Part shown: piece after piece, positions 47,285-56,535 of the stretch
Position numbering within the stretch: the first letter of the stretch is position 1
How the letters are laid out: every line of letters begins with the position of its first letter
Origin: Candidatus Doudnabacteria bacterium
Lineage (GTDB): Bacteria; Patescibacteriota; JAQUNI01
Length of the DNA: 64,000 nt
Assembly: GCA_041644975.1 (NCBI GenBank)
Contig: JBAZQX010000007.1
Location: 1,906-65,905, forward strand
Reading direction: 5' to 3'
Program-made: the position numbers and the translations under genes
Notes under the pieces: model-generated
What the model was told of the DNA's origin: nothing
Database searches by the model: none
Seen by the model: only the letters and a program-made list of their open reading frames with translations

Positions 47285-47551
47285 TTATATTACGAAACTC
47301 ACTCCCCCCGCCTCCCGCGGGGAAATCTAACTCCCTCCCTGACAAGGGAGGGAAGGGGAGGGTTAAAAGAATTTATTCTTTCTCTTACTTGAATTAAACC
47401 CCTCTCTAATCTCCCCTTGTCAGGGGAGAGGTTTTCCCCTCCCTTGGCGAAGTAATAATCCCAATAATACTTATAAAAAGAGTAGAGACAGGTTTTAAAC
47501 CTGTCTCTACTCTTTAAAAACGATTTAAATGTTCCACGTGGAACATTTTTT
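47285..47551. repeat. Right flanking composite repeat of the TrmB cassette (same modules as 45306-45600, lacking the nested family B insert; the 16-bp palindrome TGTTCCACGTGGAACA sits at the distal end)
   Basis: tattacgaaactcactcc...ctaactccctccctgacaagggaggg...aaacccctctctaatctccccttgtcaggggag...aaatgttccacgtggaacatttttt. Confidence 0.7.
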
Positions 47552-47732
47552 GTAAAAATTTATGTAATCGGATTATATAATACTTTTATACTTTCGTCAA
47601 TCTATCTTATTGAGGCATACTTTAGCCAAGAAATGGCGCAAGGATAAGAAATATAGAACAATCAAGCTATTTTTCCCCACGATGTTTTGTAAATAATTTC
47701 ATTTCTGATTGCACAATTAGCTTTTGGTTTTG

Positions 47733-48116
47733 TCAAAAACGCATTACGCGATATAAATAGTCCACTCCCAATGTAAAAAGATTGGTCTTCAATTTAAAAA
47801 CATACAAAACAATCAAAAAGACGGTAAATCCCAAGGAAAGATACATTGCTTGGCGCAAATCTTGAAGCGAGGAACGTAAAGAAACAGGGTTAGCGATTTT
47901 CTTCTCCGGCTCAGATTTTCCCCGCGGCTCTTGGTGAATCCCTGGTTGCCCTTCCTCTCCAGGCTTCAATAATTCGTCTATTCGCGTTTCCTCCCGCGCC
48001 TCCTCAATTTCAGGCTCAAAAATTTTTTCATTTTGGATCGCGGGCGCGCTAAGCAGATGATGCGCCTTGCGAAACTTGCGGCTTTTGTTTTTATGAAAAC
48101 GATTTTTATGGCTCAT
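47733..48116 (-). CDS. Hypothetical protein with basic N-terminus and C-terminal TM segment
   Basis: ORF of 127 aa. Confidence 0.4.
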   Translation of the reverse strand: MSHKNRFHKNKSRKFRKAHHLLSAPAIQNEKIFEPEIEEAREETRIDELLKPGEEGQPGIHQEPRGKSEPEKKIANPVSLRSSLQDLRQAMYLSLGFTVFLIVLYVFKLKTNLFTLGVDYLYRVMRF

Positions 48117-48215
48117 TTGATTACTTTTTTATTTCTGTATTTAAATATAGCATAATCAAGAAGCAAAAACAATAAAAAAAACGTTACCAAAGTTTTGGTA
48201 ACGCAAGAGAATGGA

Positions 48216-48617
48216 CTATGACCATCCATAATAGTCTGAAAGTGAGTATGGGCTCTCTAACTCAAATAGGTAGCCGCTGGGGTCAATGCAAATCTCCTCA
48301 TAATAATGGAGATCATAACTATAATTCCCCTTCTTAGCCTTCGCTAAGTAGGTGACATTGATATAGGTATCAGCCTTTGGCTCCACGGTCACGCTTTCAG
48401 TATAGCCAACCGTAAATTCCGCAGAACTATAATGCCGGCCATTGTAATAAAAGTCCCCCTGAATCCTGATGGTAATATTTTCCACACCATAAGTCTCATT
48501 CTTAACGTTCAGCTCAAACCCGGATTCATCCACGGGCGAGAGCCCAACGTAACAACCTGCCCATACACATATACTAACCAATATTACCAATATTAAAGCC
48601 ATCTTTTGCATTTCCAT
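48216..48617 (-). CDS. Hypothetical secreted/lipoprotein-like protein
   Basis: Signal peptide followed by a Cys. Tyr-rich beta-type composition. Confidence 0.5.
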   Translation of the reverse strand: MEMQKMALILVILVSICVWAGCYVGLSPVDESGFELNVKNETYGVENITIRIQGDFYYNGRHYSSAEFTVGYTESVTVEPKADTYINVTYLAKAKKGNYSYDLHYYEEICIDPSGYLFELESPYSLSDYYGWS

Positions 48618-48744
48618 TACCTCCTGATTGATTAAACACTATAATCAAAGTACCACTCTCAATTTTTAAAGAGAGAATTAAGTATAGCATAAATATCGTA
48701 AAATGTCAAATAAATGTAGCAACTCAATATCCTGAAAACACTTT

Positions 48745-48952
48745 GTACCTTAACATTTTGTCATTGCGAGGAGGGCTTATAGTCAGATCCCTCGCTTCCG
48801 CTCGGGACAGGCTCCGCAATCTCATCGAGCTGTTATTCATACAGATTTAGGAGATTGCCTGCCCGCCATCGCTTCGCTTCAGGCGAGGCGGGCGGGCTTC
48901 GGTCGGCATTAGATGCCTCCCTCGCAATGACGATACATTTCGTAATTCAAGG
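48745..48952. repeat. Composite family A element (GTCATTGCGAGGAGGGC...CCTCGCAATGACGATACATTTCGTAATTCAAGG) with a nested family B core
   Basis: More than 90% identical over ~100 nt to the copies at 55858-55990 and 63590-63730. Confidence 0.75.
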
Positions 48953-49004
48953 CTTTGTAAGTATTTCATAAGAAGTTTAAGATTCACCCTTACCTCTTGA
49001 TTCT

Positions 49005-49090
49005 TGCTTGCCCGCCGACTTGTCCTTCGTAGTCCGCCTCGGGCGGACGAAGTAGGAAGCCCAAAGGGGCGCAGGCGGGATTCCAGCTTC
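49005..49090. repeat. Family H-like palindromic element
   Basis: cttgcttgcccgccgac...gtccgcctcgggcggac...gcaggcgggattcc. Confidence 0.5.
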
Positions 49091-49179
49091 TATTCTTTAA
49101 ATTGACAAACAAGCCCAACTGAAGATATAATAAATGGGAAACCACGTGAGGTATCCCAATTATGAGCTAGAAATTAATC

Positions 49180-49644
49180 TTGAAATCAATGGTTTGGATT
49201 TTGATCCCGCTTATTTTAATTTTTTTATTGGCGATCTGGATTTTCTATCTGCATCACCATCTTTTTAAAATCCGCAACGCGAATAGAGAACTACTCAAAC
49301 AAGCCAAGGGGAGTAACCTGGAAGAGATCTTAAATCTGCAGAATCAGCATCTCAAGAAACATTCTGAAGAATTAAAGGATCTGCAGAATTTTACCAGCGA
49401 ACTGGAAAAAAATCTAGGCTTCACCATTCAAAAAGCCAATATCGTCCGATTTAACGCCTTTCCCGGCGAAGGCGGCGACCAAAGTTTCAGCGTCGCCCTC
49501 TTAGACCAACACCAAAACGGCGTGGTAATCTCTAATCTCCGAAACAGCAATAATGACCGCGCCTACGCCAAACCAGTCAAAAACGGCCAATCGCCATATC
49601 ATTTAACCAAAGAAGAATTAGAAGCTATTAACCCAAGGAAATAG
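49180..49644 (+). CDS. DUF4446-like protein with N-terminal TM helix
   Basis: TM helix plus coiled-coil; a conserved family layout of unknown function. Confidence 0.5.
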   Translation: MKSMVWILIPLILIFLLAIWIFYLHHHLFKIRNANRELLKQAKGSNLEEILNLQNQHLKKHSEELKDLQNFTSELEKNLGFTIQKANIVRFNAFPGEGGDQSFSVALLDQHQNGVVISNLRNSNNDRAYAKPVKNGQSPYHLTKEELEAINPRK

Positions 49645-49692
49645 GAAGACTCGCTTTTTTTAAAGTCTTCCGAAAATCCTTCTAAAATCTTT

Positions 49693-50079
49693 ATGAGTGA
49701 AAAAAATCACGAAGAAACTCAAGCGGAAACCATTGTGGGGCCTTCGGTTAAAGTAGAAGGGGAGTTGTCCTCCGAGGGCAATGTTCGGATCGACGGACAA
49801 GTGGCAGGCAATGTGCGAACCAGCCAAAATTTAGCTGTGGGGGAACAGGCTGTTATTTCCGCAAACGTGAAAGCCTTGAACGCGGTAATCGCGGGCAAAA
49901 TTAAAGGTAATATTACTGTAGAGGAAGCTTTGGAGATTACTGAAACTGGCCAAGTGGAAGGTGACATCACAGCCAAGATTATTTCCATTTCTCCGGGCGC
50001 TATCTTCCAAGGTCAATGCCAAATGCCTCTTCCCACCAACCAAGAAACGGAAATTGAAGTGGAAGAGGTAATGGAGTGA
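49693..50079 (+). CDS. Bactofilin (polymer-forming cytoskeletal protein)
   Basis: Repetitive beta-helix-type sequence EGNVRIDGQVAGNVRTSQNLAVGEQAVISANVKALNAVIAGKIKGNITV. Confidence 0.8.
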   Translation: MSEKNHEETQAETIVGPSVKVEGELSSEGNVRIDGQVAGNVRTSQNLAVGEQAVISANVKALNAVIAGKIKGNITVEEALEITETGQVEGDITAKIISISPGAIFQGQCQMPLPTNQETEIEVEEVME

Positions 50080-50246
50080 ATAATCTCAAATCTTAAAACT
50101 CAAAAGGCAAAACCACAACTCAAAACTCAAAACTAGAAAAATCGTCTTTAAAAAGAGAAACAACTAAAGGATCCTTTGGGGCAAGCCGCAAAATTCCTTG
50201 CTAACACGCGGGAGACAGTGGAATTATCAGTTTTGAATTTTGACAT

Positions 50247-51137
50247 TTGAGTTTTGAGTTTAATCCAATGTATTACTATATCTACGATTCCTTTCTAGAA
50301 AATCCAAAATATCGTAAAATCCTGGACCGGATTGAAATTAGACTGTCCGATCTTGCCATTGCGGGCGAAGCAAGCCATGTCCGTCCTTTAAGAAACCTAG
50401 AAGAAATTGTTTTAGAAGGACTCATACAAGGGAAACGCACGATTATCGCCGTAGGCAATGATTACACATTCAAAAAAATCGCGCATACTATTTTAAACCA
50501 GAGTGAAACCCCTCTCTCTGAAATCACGATTGGTATTATCCCAGTCGGGCAGCCAAACTTTATCAGTCAAGGACTTGGAGTGCCTATAAACGAGCTGGCT
50601 TGCGAAGTTATTTCCGGGCGGATTATTAAAATTATTGACGTCGGGAAGGTGAATTCCGAATATTTTCTCACCCAAGCGGTTTGCGGTTTCGGGGGAAGGA
50701 ATGAGGACCGCAATAAAAAAGGGAATCTATCTTATCTTCAATCCCTGCGTTATCGGTCCCAGGATGTCATTCTTAAAATTAACGATAAATTTCAAGTCCG
50801 CTTGGACTTATTTCACCTTGCCTTGGTAAATTTATCTTTAAAAAGAGAAGCCTTACCTCTTGCCAATCCTTGCGACGGAATTTTGAATGTGTTTGTGACC
50901 GCGAATCTTTCCCGCTTCTCTCTTTTAAAAAAACTAAAGCTCATGGAATCGGAAAGATATTCTCTGCTTCCCAAAACTTCTGTCTTTAAAGCGAGTAAAA
51001 TTGAAATCCTGTCGCCGCGCCAAGAGCAAATTGATATCTTGGGCGATTTGCAAAAAATAGGCCGCACGCCGGCGACCATTACAATTTTGCCCCGCAAATT
51101 AAGAGTGATTGTGGGGAAAGAAAGAGCATTTAATTAA
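50247..51137 (+). CDS. Diacylglycerol/lipid kinase catalytic domain (DAGK_cat/YegS-like) protein
   Basis: TIIAVGNDYTFKKIAH...IGIIPVGQPNFISQGLG matches the DAGK_cat nucleotide-binding pattern. Confidence 0.6.
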   Translation: MSFEFNPMYYYIYDSFLENPKYRKILDRIEIRLSDLAIAGEASHVRPLRNLEEIVLEGLIQGKRTIIAVGNDYTFKKIAHTILNQSETPLSEITIGIIPVGQPNFISQGLGVPINELACEVISGRIIKIIDVGKVNSEYFLTQAVCGFGGRNEDRNKKGNLSYLQSLRYRSQDVILKINDKFQVRLDLFHLALVNLSLKREALPLANPCDGILNVFVTANLSRFSLLKKLKLMESERYSLLPKTSVFKASKIEILSPRQEQIDILGDLQKIGRTPATITILPRKLRVIVGKERAFN

Positions 51138-51316
51138 TTTTCTATGCCTTATAGACCTTTTGCAAAATAACCTTTTCTACTGCAATTGCCAGATTTCGGC
51201 TGCAAATGTTTCAGGGCTCGTTGCCGTATTTTAGCCAAATACGGCTTCCTCGCCCTTCAACATTTTCGCTCGAAATCTGTCAATTTCGTAACGAAAAATT
51301 ATTTCACAAAAGGTCT

Positions 51317-51562
51317 ATGAGTAAACACCGCCAAAATATTAAAAAATATTTTAAAGAACCATTTTATAATATCTCGGGTATTTTTGCGGATTATCTGCCA
51401 GTGCCTGTGCGCTGGCTCATCGGTCTTGTAATCGCGGGATTAATCTTGGTTTTTACCGGCTTCTGGGGCTTGGTTAAATTTATTTTAGGCCTCTTTTGGA
51501 TCAGCGCTGTTTTTTTAATTGCGGCTTTGATTTATCAAATTATTAAGAATAAGAAGAAATAA
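51317..51562 (+). CDS. Hypothetical small membrane protein
   Basis: Two TM helices. The ORF start at 51206 lies in the AT-rich upstream region, so the internal Met was chosen. Confidence 0.35.
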   Translation: MSKHRQNIKKYFKEPFYNISGIFADYLPVPVRWLIGLVIAGLILVFTGFWGLVKFILGLFWISAVFLIAALIYQIIKNKKK

Positions 51563-51651
51563 ATTCCATTGTTCAATTGTTATAAAAAGCAAATTTTCCT
51601 TTATTTAACAATGGAATAATTGAACCGCAAAAAAAATTCACAGCGAAAATT

Positions 51652-53397
51652 ATGGATGCAAATAAAACTCCTAAGACAGTGGAAATTCCCAGTATGGTCA
51701 GGGTCAAAGACTTGGCTTCTGTTTTGAATTTGCCTGCCGCGCGGGTGATGCAAGAACTCATTAAAAACAATATTTACACCACCATCAACGAAGAGCTTGA
51801 TTATGAAACCGCCGCCATCATTGCCGAAGATTTAGGGTATCAAGTAGCGCCTCAAGGCAAAGCAGAGAAAAACCTCGAAGAGCCGGCCGGAGCAAAGGTT
51901 TCCAATAAAGAGACCCTAAAACTTTCGATACGGCCGCCAGTAGTAGCAGTGATGGGGCATGTAGACCACGGCAAAACCACTCTTTTGGATTACATTCGCA
52001 AAACTAATGTGGCAGAGGGAGAGGTAGGAGGGATTACCCAAAATATTGGCGCTTACCAAATTCAATATAAAAAACATCGGATCACCTTTATTGATACCCC
52101 CGGACACGAGGCCTTTCAAAGTATGCGGGCGCGAGGAGCGCGCCTCACTGATCTTGCTATTTTGGTTGTCGCCGCGGATGACGGGGTGAAGCCGCAAACC
52201 AAAGAAGCAATTACTCATATCCGAAACGCTAAAATCCCGATGATCGTAGCGATTAATAAAATAGATAAGCAAGATGCCAGGGTGGACAAGGTGAAACAAG
52301 AACTGGCTCAAGAAGGCGCGCAAATTGAAGAATGGGGAGGCAATGTGCCTCTTGTAGAAATCTCGGCGAAAACCGGTCAAGGCGTAGAGGAACTTCTAGA
52401 AACTATTATCGTCGTTGCGGAAATGGAGGAACTAAAAGCTCCTACTTCCGGCCCGGCTCTAGGCACAATCATTGAGTCTCATCTTTCTCCTCGGCAGGGA
52501 CCAGAAGCCTCGGTTCTGGTGCAATCCGGCACTTTTAAAATAGGGGATATAATCACTGCGGCGTCCGCGCAAGGAAAAATCAAAATGATGGAGGACTACC
52601 GCGGTCAAATAATCCAAAAAGCGGGACCTTCCGAGCCGGTCAAGATTGTTGGGTTTAAGGAAGTGCCAGAGGTCGGCAGTATCGTGCAGAACGGGGAGGA
52701 ATCCTTAAATAATCGCGAGAAATTCACCCCCCAAGAAAAGAAAATCCTGACGCTCATCAACCAAAAAGCATCGAACCCCAAAATCAAAAAATTAAATCTC
52801 ATTATCAAGGCCGGCAGCCAAGGATCTAAAGAGGCAATTCTGGAAAGTTTGGCTAAGGTGCAATCTTCCGAGGTCGCGCCCTATATCATTCAAGAAGGGG
52901 TGGGCAATATCACAGAATCAGATGTCTTGAAAAGCCACATCACCAACGCCAAACTCATTGGTTTCGAGGTGAAGACCACTACCGTGGCCAAAAAATTGGC
53001 TAGGCAACTCGAACTGAAAATTAATATTTATGAGATTATCTATGAACTCATTGACGCCGTAAAAGAAGGTCTGGAAGAAATACTTGAACCGGAGGAGGAG
53101 ACAATGGAATTGGGCAAGTTAGAGATACTCGCCATCTTTCACACCGAAAAGGGCAAGATGATCGTAGGCGGTAAAGTCACGCAAGGAACCATCCAGAGAG
53201 AGAGCCGTATCCGCGTTCAAAGAAAAGGTCAAATAATTGGAGAGGGAACTATAGTGGAGTTGCAAAGCAGCAAGCAAAAAGTAAAAGAGGTGAAAAATGG
53301 TCAAGAATGCGGCATTAAATTCCTAGGCGACGTGAAGATTGAAATTGGAGATATTTTGGAATTTTATAAAATAGAAAAGAAAAAGAAAACGTTATAA
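51652..53397 (+). CDS. infB: Translation initiation factor IF-2
   Basis: AVMGHVDHGKTTLLD G1 motif, DTPGHEAF and NKID. Length 581 aa. Confidence 0.95.
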   Translation: MDANKTPKTVEIPSMVRVKDLASVLNLPAARVMQELIKNNIYTTINEELDYETAAIIAEDLGYQVAPQGKAEKNLEEPAGAKVSNKETLKLSIRPPVVAVMGHVDHGKTTLLDYIRKTNVAEGEVGGITQNIGAYQIQYKKHRITFIDTPGHEAFQSMRARGARLTDLAILVVAADDGVKPQTKEAITHIRNAKIPMIVAINKIDKQDARVDKVKQELAQEGAQIEEWGGNVPLVEISAKTGQGVEELLETIIVVAEMEELKAPTSGPALGTIIESHLSPRQGPEASVLVQSGTFKIGDIITAASAQGKIKMMEDYRGQIIQKAGPSEPVKIVGFKEVPEVGSIVQNGEESLNNREKFTPQEKKILTLINQKASNPKIKKLNLIIKAGSQGSKEAILESLAKVQSSEVAPYIIQEGVGNITESDVLKSHITNAKLIGFEVKTTTVAKKLARQLELKINIYEIIYELIDAVKEGLEEILEPEEETMELGKLEILAIFHTEKGKMIVGGKVTQGTIQRESRIRVQRKGQIIGEGTIVELQSSKQKVKEVKNGQECGIKFLGDVKIEIGDILEFYKIEKKKKTL

Positions 53398-53642
53398 ATT
53401 CAAAAATTAAAATGTTAAAATTTTATTCTGGGAACCCGCCAAAATTTTCAGAGGAAACTTAGGCGGGGAATTCAGGATTCTCGCCCGCTAGCGCGCTTTT
53501 AGCGCAAGCGCGGGAAGCGAGCGTGTATCCTTTTCACTATTTTCCAGTGACCACCCGTTAGGGTGGCAAAACCCTATAAAAAACCTCGGTTTTAAAACCA
53601 TAAACGGTAAATTCCCAAAAATGTAATTCATTTTAAAATTTT

Positions 53643-53685
53643 ACACTGTCTCGCTTCGCGAGATCTCGTAAAGCGATGATCATTT
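53643..53685. repeat. Family D-like hairpin (tgtctcgcttcgcgagatctcg)
   Basis: Resembles tgtctcgctgcgcgagatcccg of copies D1-D3. Confidence 0.45.
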
Positions 53686-53817
53686 TGCATTTTGCCTGCC
53701 CCGCTCGCCTTTAACTTGTCTAGTAATTGATGTTATTTAATAGATATAAATAAGTAATTATTGGTAGACTATATTTAACGCGAGGCGGGCCGGGGATTTT
53801 TACATTTTACATTTTCT

Positions 53818-54162
53818 ATGTCCCACCGCGTTCTTCAATTGAATAGCTTAATCCAACAAGAACTGAGCCGCGCTTTTTTAACGGAAGTCTCTTTGAACCA
53901 TCACGCGTTAACCACTATTACCAAGGTGGAGACTTCTCGCGACTTAAATCACGCGAAAATCTGGGTCTCCGTCTTACCCCTTGAAAAAGGCCAAAGCATT
54001 CTCAAGACTTTACAAAAAAACGCGGGCAGGCTACAATCCTTTCTCAACGCAAGGTTAGTCTTGAGAAAAATACCCCGCCTTAAATTTGTCTTAGACGCGA
54101 CTGAACTAAAAGCAGACCGGATCAACAGACTTCTTGACGCGGAATTTCCCAAAGAGGCTTAA
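53818..54162 (+). CDS. rbfA: Ribosome-binding factor A
   Basis: RVLQLNSLIQQELSRAF...ITKVETSRDLNHAKIWVS. Separated from infB by ~420 bp of repeats. Confidence 0.9.
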   Translation: MSHRVLQLNSLIQQELSRAFLTEVSLNHHALTTITKVETSRDLNHAKIWVSVLPLEKGQSILKTLQKNAGRLQSFLNARLVLRKIPRLKFVLDATELKADRINRLLDAEFPKEA

Positions 54163-54218
54163 TTTATTAAATCTGAACAAGCGGGCTTCAAATAAGTCAC
54201 GCCCTCCATAAAAATATA

Positions 54219-55169
54219 ATGCACAGAAAAGATTTTAATTTAGTGATTAAAGCCTTAAAAAGATATAATACTTTTCTCGTTGCGAGTCATGAAAATCCCG
54301 ATGGAGATTCTGTGGGTTCAATTTTGGCTCTCTGTATGGCTTTAGAAAAGATGAAGAAGGAAGTTTTGCTCTTTACCCCAGACCCTATCCCGGAAAATTT
54401 ACAGTTTCTGCCCCAAAGCGCTAGAATCATCAGCTCTTCTCCAAAAAAAAACTTTGATGTCGTGATCGCTCTGGACGCGAGCGATGTTAAACGTCTACAT
54501 TTAAAATGGTCCGATATCAAGTATCAAATTCTTGTTGATATTGATCATCATCCGCAAAAAAAACCCTTTGGCGATCTGAATTTAATCGCCCCCCTTGCCT
54601 CCTCCACCTCGGAAATTGTTTATTTAATAATCAAAGCCCTCAAAAGCGTAGACGCTAAAATTGCCACTTGTCTTTTAACGGGAATATTTACGGATACGGG
54701 CAGCTTCCAACACGCCAATACCTCTCCTTATACCATGGAGATTGCCGCCCACCTAATGAAAAAAGGGGCAAACTTAAATAAAATCGCGCGCGCTACCTAT
54801 CAAAGCAAGTCTCTCTCCGCGCTCAAGGTGTGGGGGCTGGCTCTCGCCCGCATCAAACAGGATCGCAAAAAGGGCGTGACCCTTTCCGCGATTACCCAGA
54901 AAGACCTCAAAGAATTAGGCGCTAAACCAGAAGATCTGGAAGGCGTCGTAAATATAATTAATACGGCTCGAGGAACCAAATACGCCATGCTCTTAATGGA
55001 ACAGAAAGGGAATAAAATTCGCGCCAGTCTTCGCTCGGAACTAGGCAGGGGAGTGAACGTGGCGCGGATCGCGGAACGTTACGGCGGCGGCGGGCATCCC
55101 CTGGCTTCAGGGTTTACCATTAAAGGCAAGCTGATGAAAAGGAAGGGGAAGTGGGTGATTAAGAAATGA
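54219..55169 (+). CDS. nrnA: DHH family phosphoesterase NrnA (oligoribonuclease / pAp phosphatase)
   Basis: [12 protein letters not shown] and DIDHH motifs, C-terminal DHHA1 with GGGH. Confidence 0.85.
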   Translation: MHRKDFNLVIKALKRYNTFLVASHENPDGDSVGSILALCMALEKMKKEVLLFTPDPIPENLQFLPQSARIISSSPKKNFDVVIALDASDVKRLHLKWSDIKYQILVDIDHHPQKKPFGDLNLIAPLASSTSEIVYLIIKALKSVDAKIATCLLTGIFTDTGSFQHANTSPYTMEIAAHLMKKGANLNKIARATYQSKSLSALKVWGLALARIKQDRKKGVTLSAITQKDLKELGAKPEDLEGVVNIINTARGTKYAMLLMEQKGNKIRASLRSELGRGVNVARIAERYGGGGHPLASGFTIKGKLMKRKGKWVIKK

Positions 55170-55245
55170 ATTAGGAATAAGGAATAATATTATATCTATT
55201 TTCTCCATTCCCGATTCCTGCTTCCTAATTCCTAATTCCAAAATT

Positions 55246-55824
55246 ATGCAACTTATCCCTACTGTGATTGAAAAAACGCATTACGGCGAGCGGGCTTTTG
55301 ATATCTATTCGCGGCTTTTAAAGGAACGGATTATCTTTTTAGGAAGCTCAATTAACGACGCGGTCGCCAATACTGTGATTGCCCAGCTCTTGTTTTTGAA
55401 TTCTGAAGATCCAGATAAGGATATCCAGCTTTTTATTAATTCGCCCGGCGGTTCAGTCACGGCTGGCCTCGCAATCTACGACACAATGCAGTATGTGAAG
55501 CCTGAAATCTCCACAATTTGCATCGGTATGGCGGCGTCAATGGCAGCGACTCTGCTTGCCGCGGGCGAGAGGGGTAAACGTTTTACTCTGCCCAACAGCG
55601 AAATCTTGCTGCATCAAATTATGGGCGGGGCAGAGGGCCAAGCGAGCGATGTCGCCATTCGCGCGGGTCAAATCTTGAAAGTGAAAGACCGCTTGAATAA
55701 AATATTAGCCAAACACACCAGCCAACCCTTATCTAAAATTGAAAAAGACACGGACCGCGACTTCTATATGACTAGCGAGGAAGCGGTCAAATACGGGATT
55801 GCGGATAAGGTGATTCGGAAATAA
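55246..55824 (+). CDS. clpP: ATP-dependent Clp protease proteolytic subunit
   Basis: [20 protein letters not shown]...GMAASMAA catalytic Ser and His context. Confidence 0.95.
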   Translation: MQLIPTVIEKTHYGERAFDIYSRLLKERIIFLGSSINDAVANTVIAQLLFLNSEDPDKDIQLFINSPGGSVTAGLAIYDTMQYVKPEISTICIGMAASMAATLLAAGERGKRFTLPNSEILLHQIMGGAEGQASDVAIRAGQILKVKDRLNKILAKHTSQPLSKIEKDTDRDFYMTSEEAVKYGIADKVIRK

Positions 55825-55840
55825 TTTAAAAAGTATGATT

Positions 55841-56016
55841 TTGAATTACGAAATGCGTCGTCATTGCGAGGAGGGCTTTTAGTCAGATCCCTCGCTTCCG
55901 CTCGGGACAGGCTCCGCAATCTCATCGAGCTGTATTTATATAGATTTAGGAGATTGCTTCGGTCGGCATCAGATGCCTCCCTCGCTCATAGACAAAATGA
56001 ATTTCGTAATTCGAGG
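55841..56016. repeat. Complete family A MITE-like element with TGAATTACGAAAT / ATTTCGTAATTCGA terminal inverted repeats
   Basis: ttgaattacgaaatgcgtcgtcattgcgaggagggc...gcctccctcgctcatagacaaaatgaatttcgtaattcgagg. ORF 55864-56136 is a repeat artefact. Confidence 0.8.
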
Positions 56017-56535
56017 AAGAAAGAAGAGATTAAACGAAAGATTGGATTCAAGAATCTATTGCAACATTACAGTAAGATAGAAAGGAGGTTGATAATAGCA
56101 CTGGATAATAAGAGACAGAGATGGAAATCCGATTGACCCAGAACAATTTAAAAGAGATTGGGAAAATCTAAATATATCCAAAGGCGTTCTTTTTGAGCAG
56201 GACGGTTTCAATCCGATTACCGCAGTAAGAGTATATATTTACGAAGATAGAAAAAAGGACTTGATTCGTCAAGAAATCACGGAAGCTATACCCCTTCTAA
56301 CAGGGTATGGTTATAAAGTGGAAAGTATAGAATAAAAGGCAAACGGAGAAATTGATCTCCATTTTTTATTAAAAATAAGCAGAAGTAGAAATAATTTTCC
56401 TCTTGATGAGACCCACCACCACTTTTTACAAAAGGTGGGGGACTCCTCGCTAATAGACGGCACAATGATAAAACCCAAAAACAAGCCCTTACAATGGCTT
56501 GTTTTTTAATCCACACTTTTTACTTTTTACTTTTT

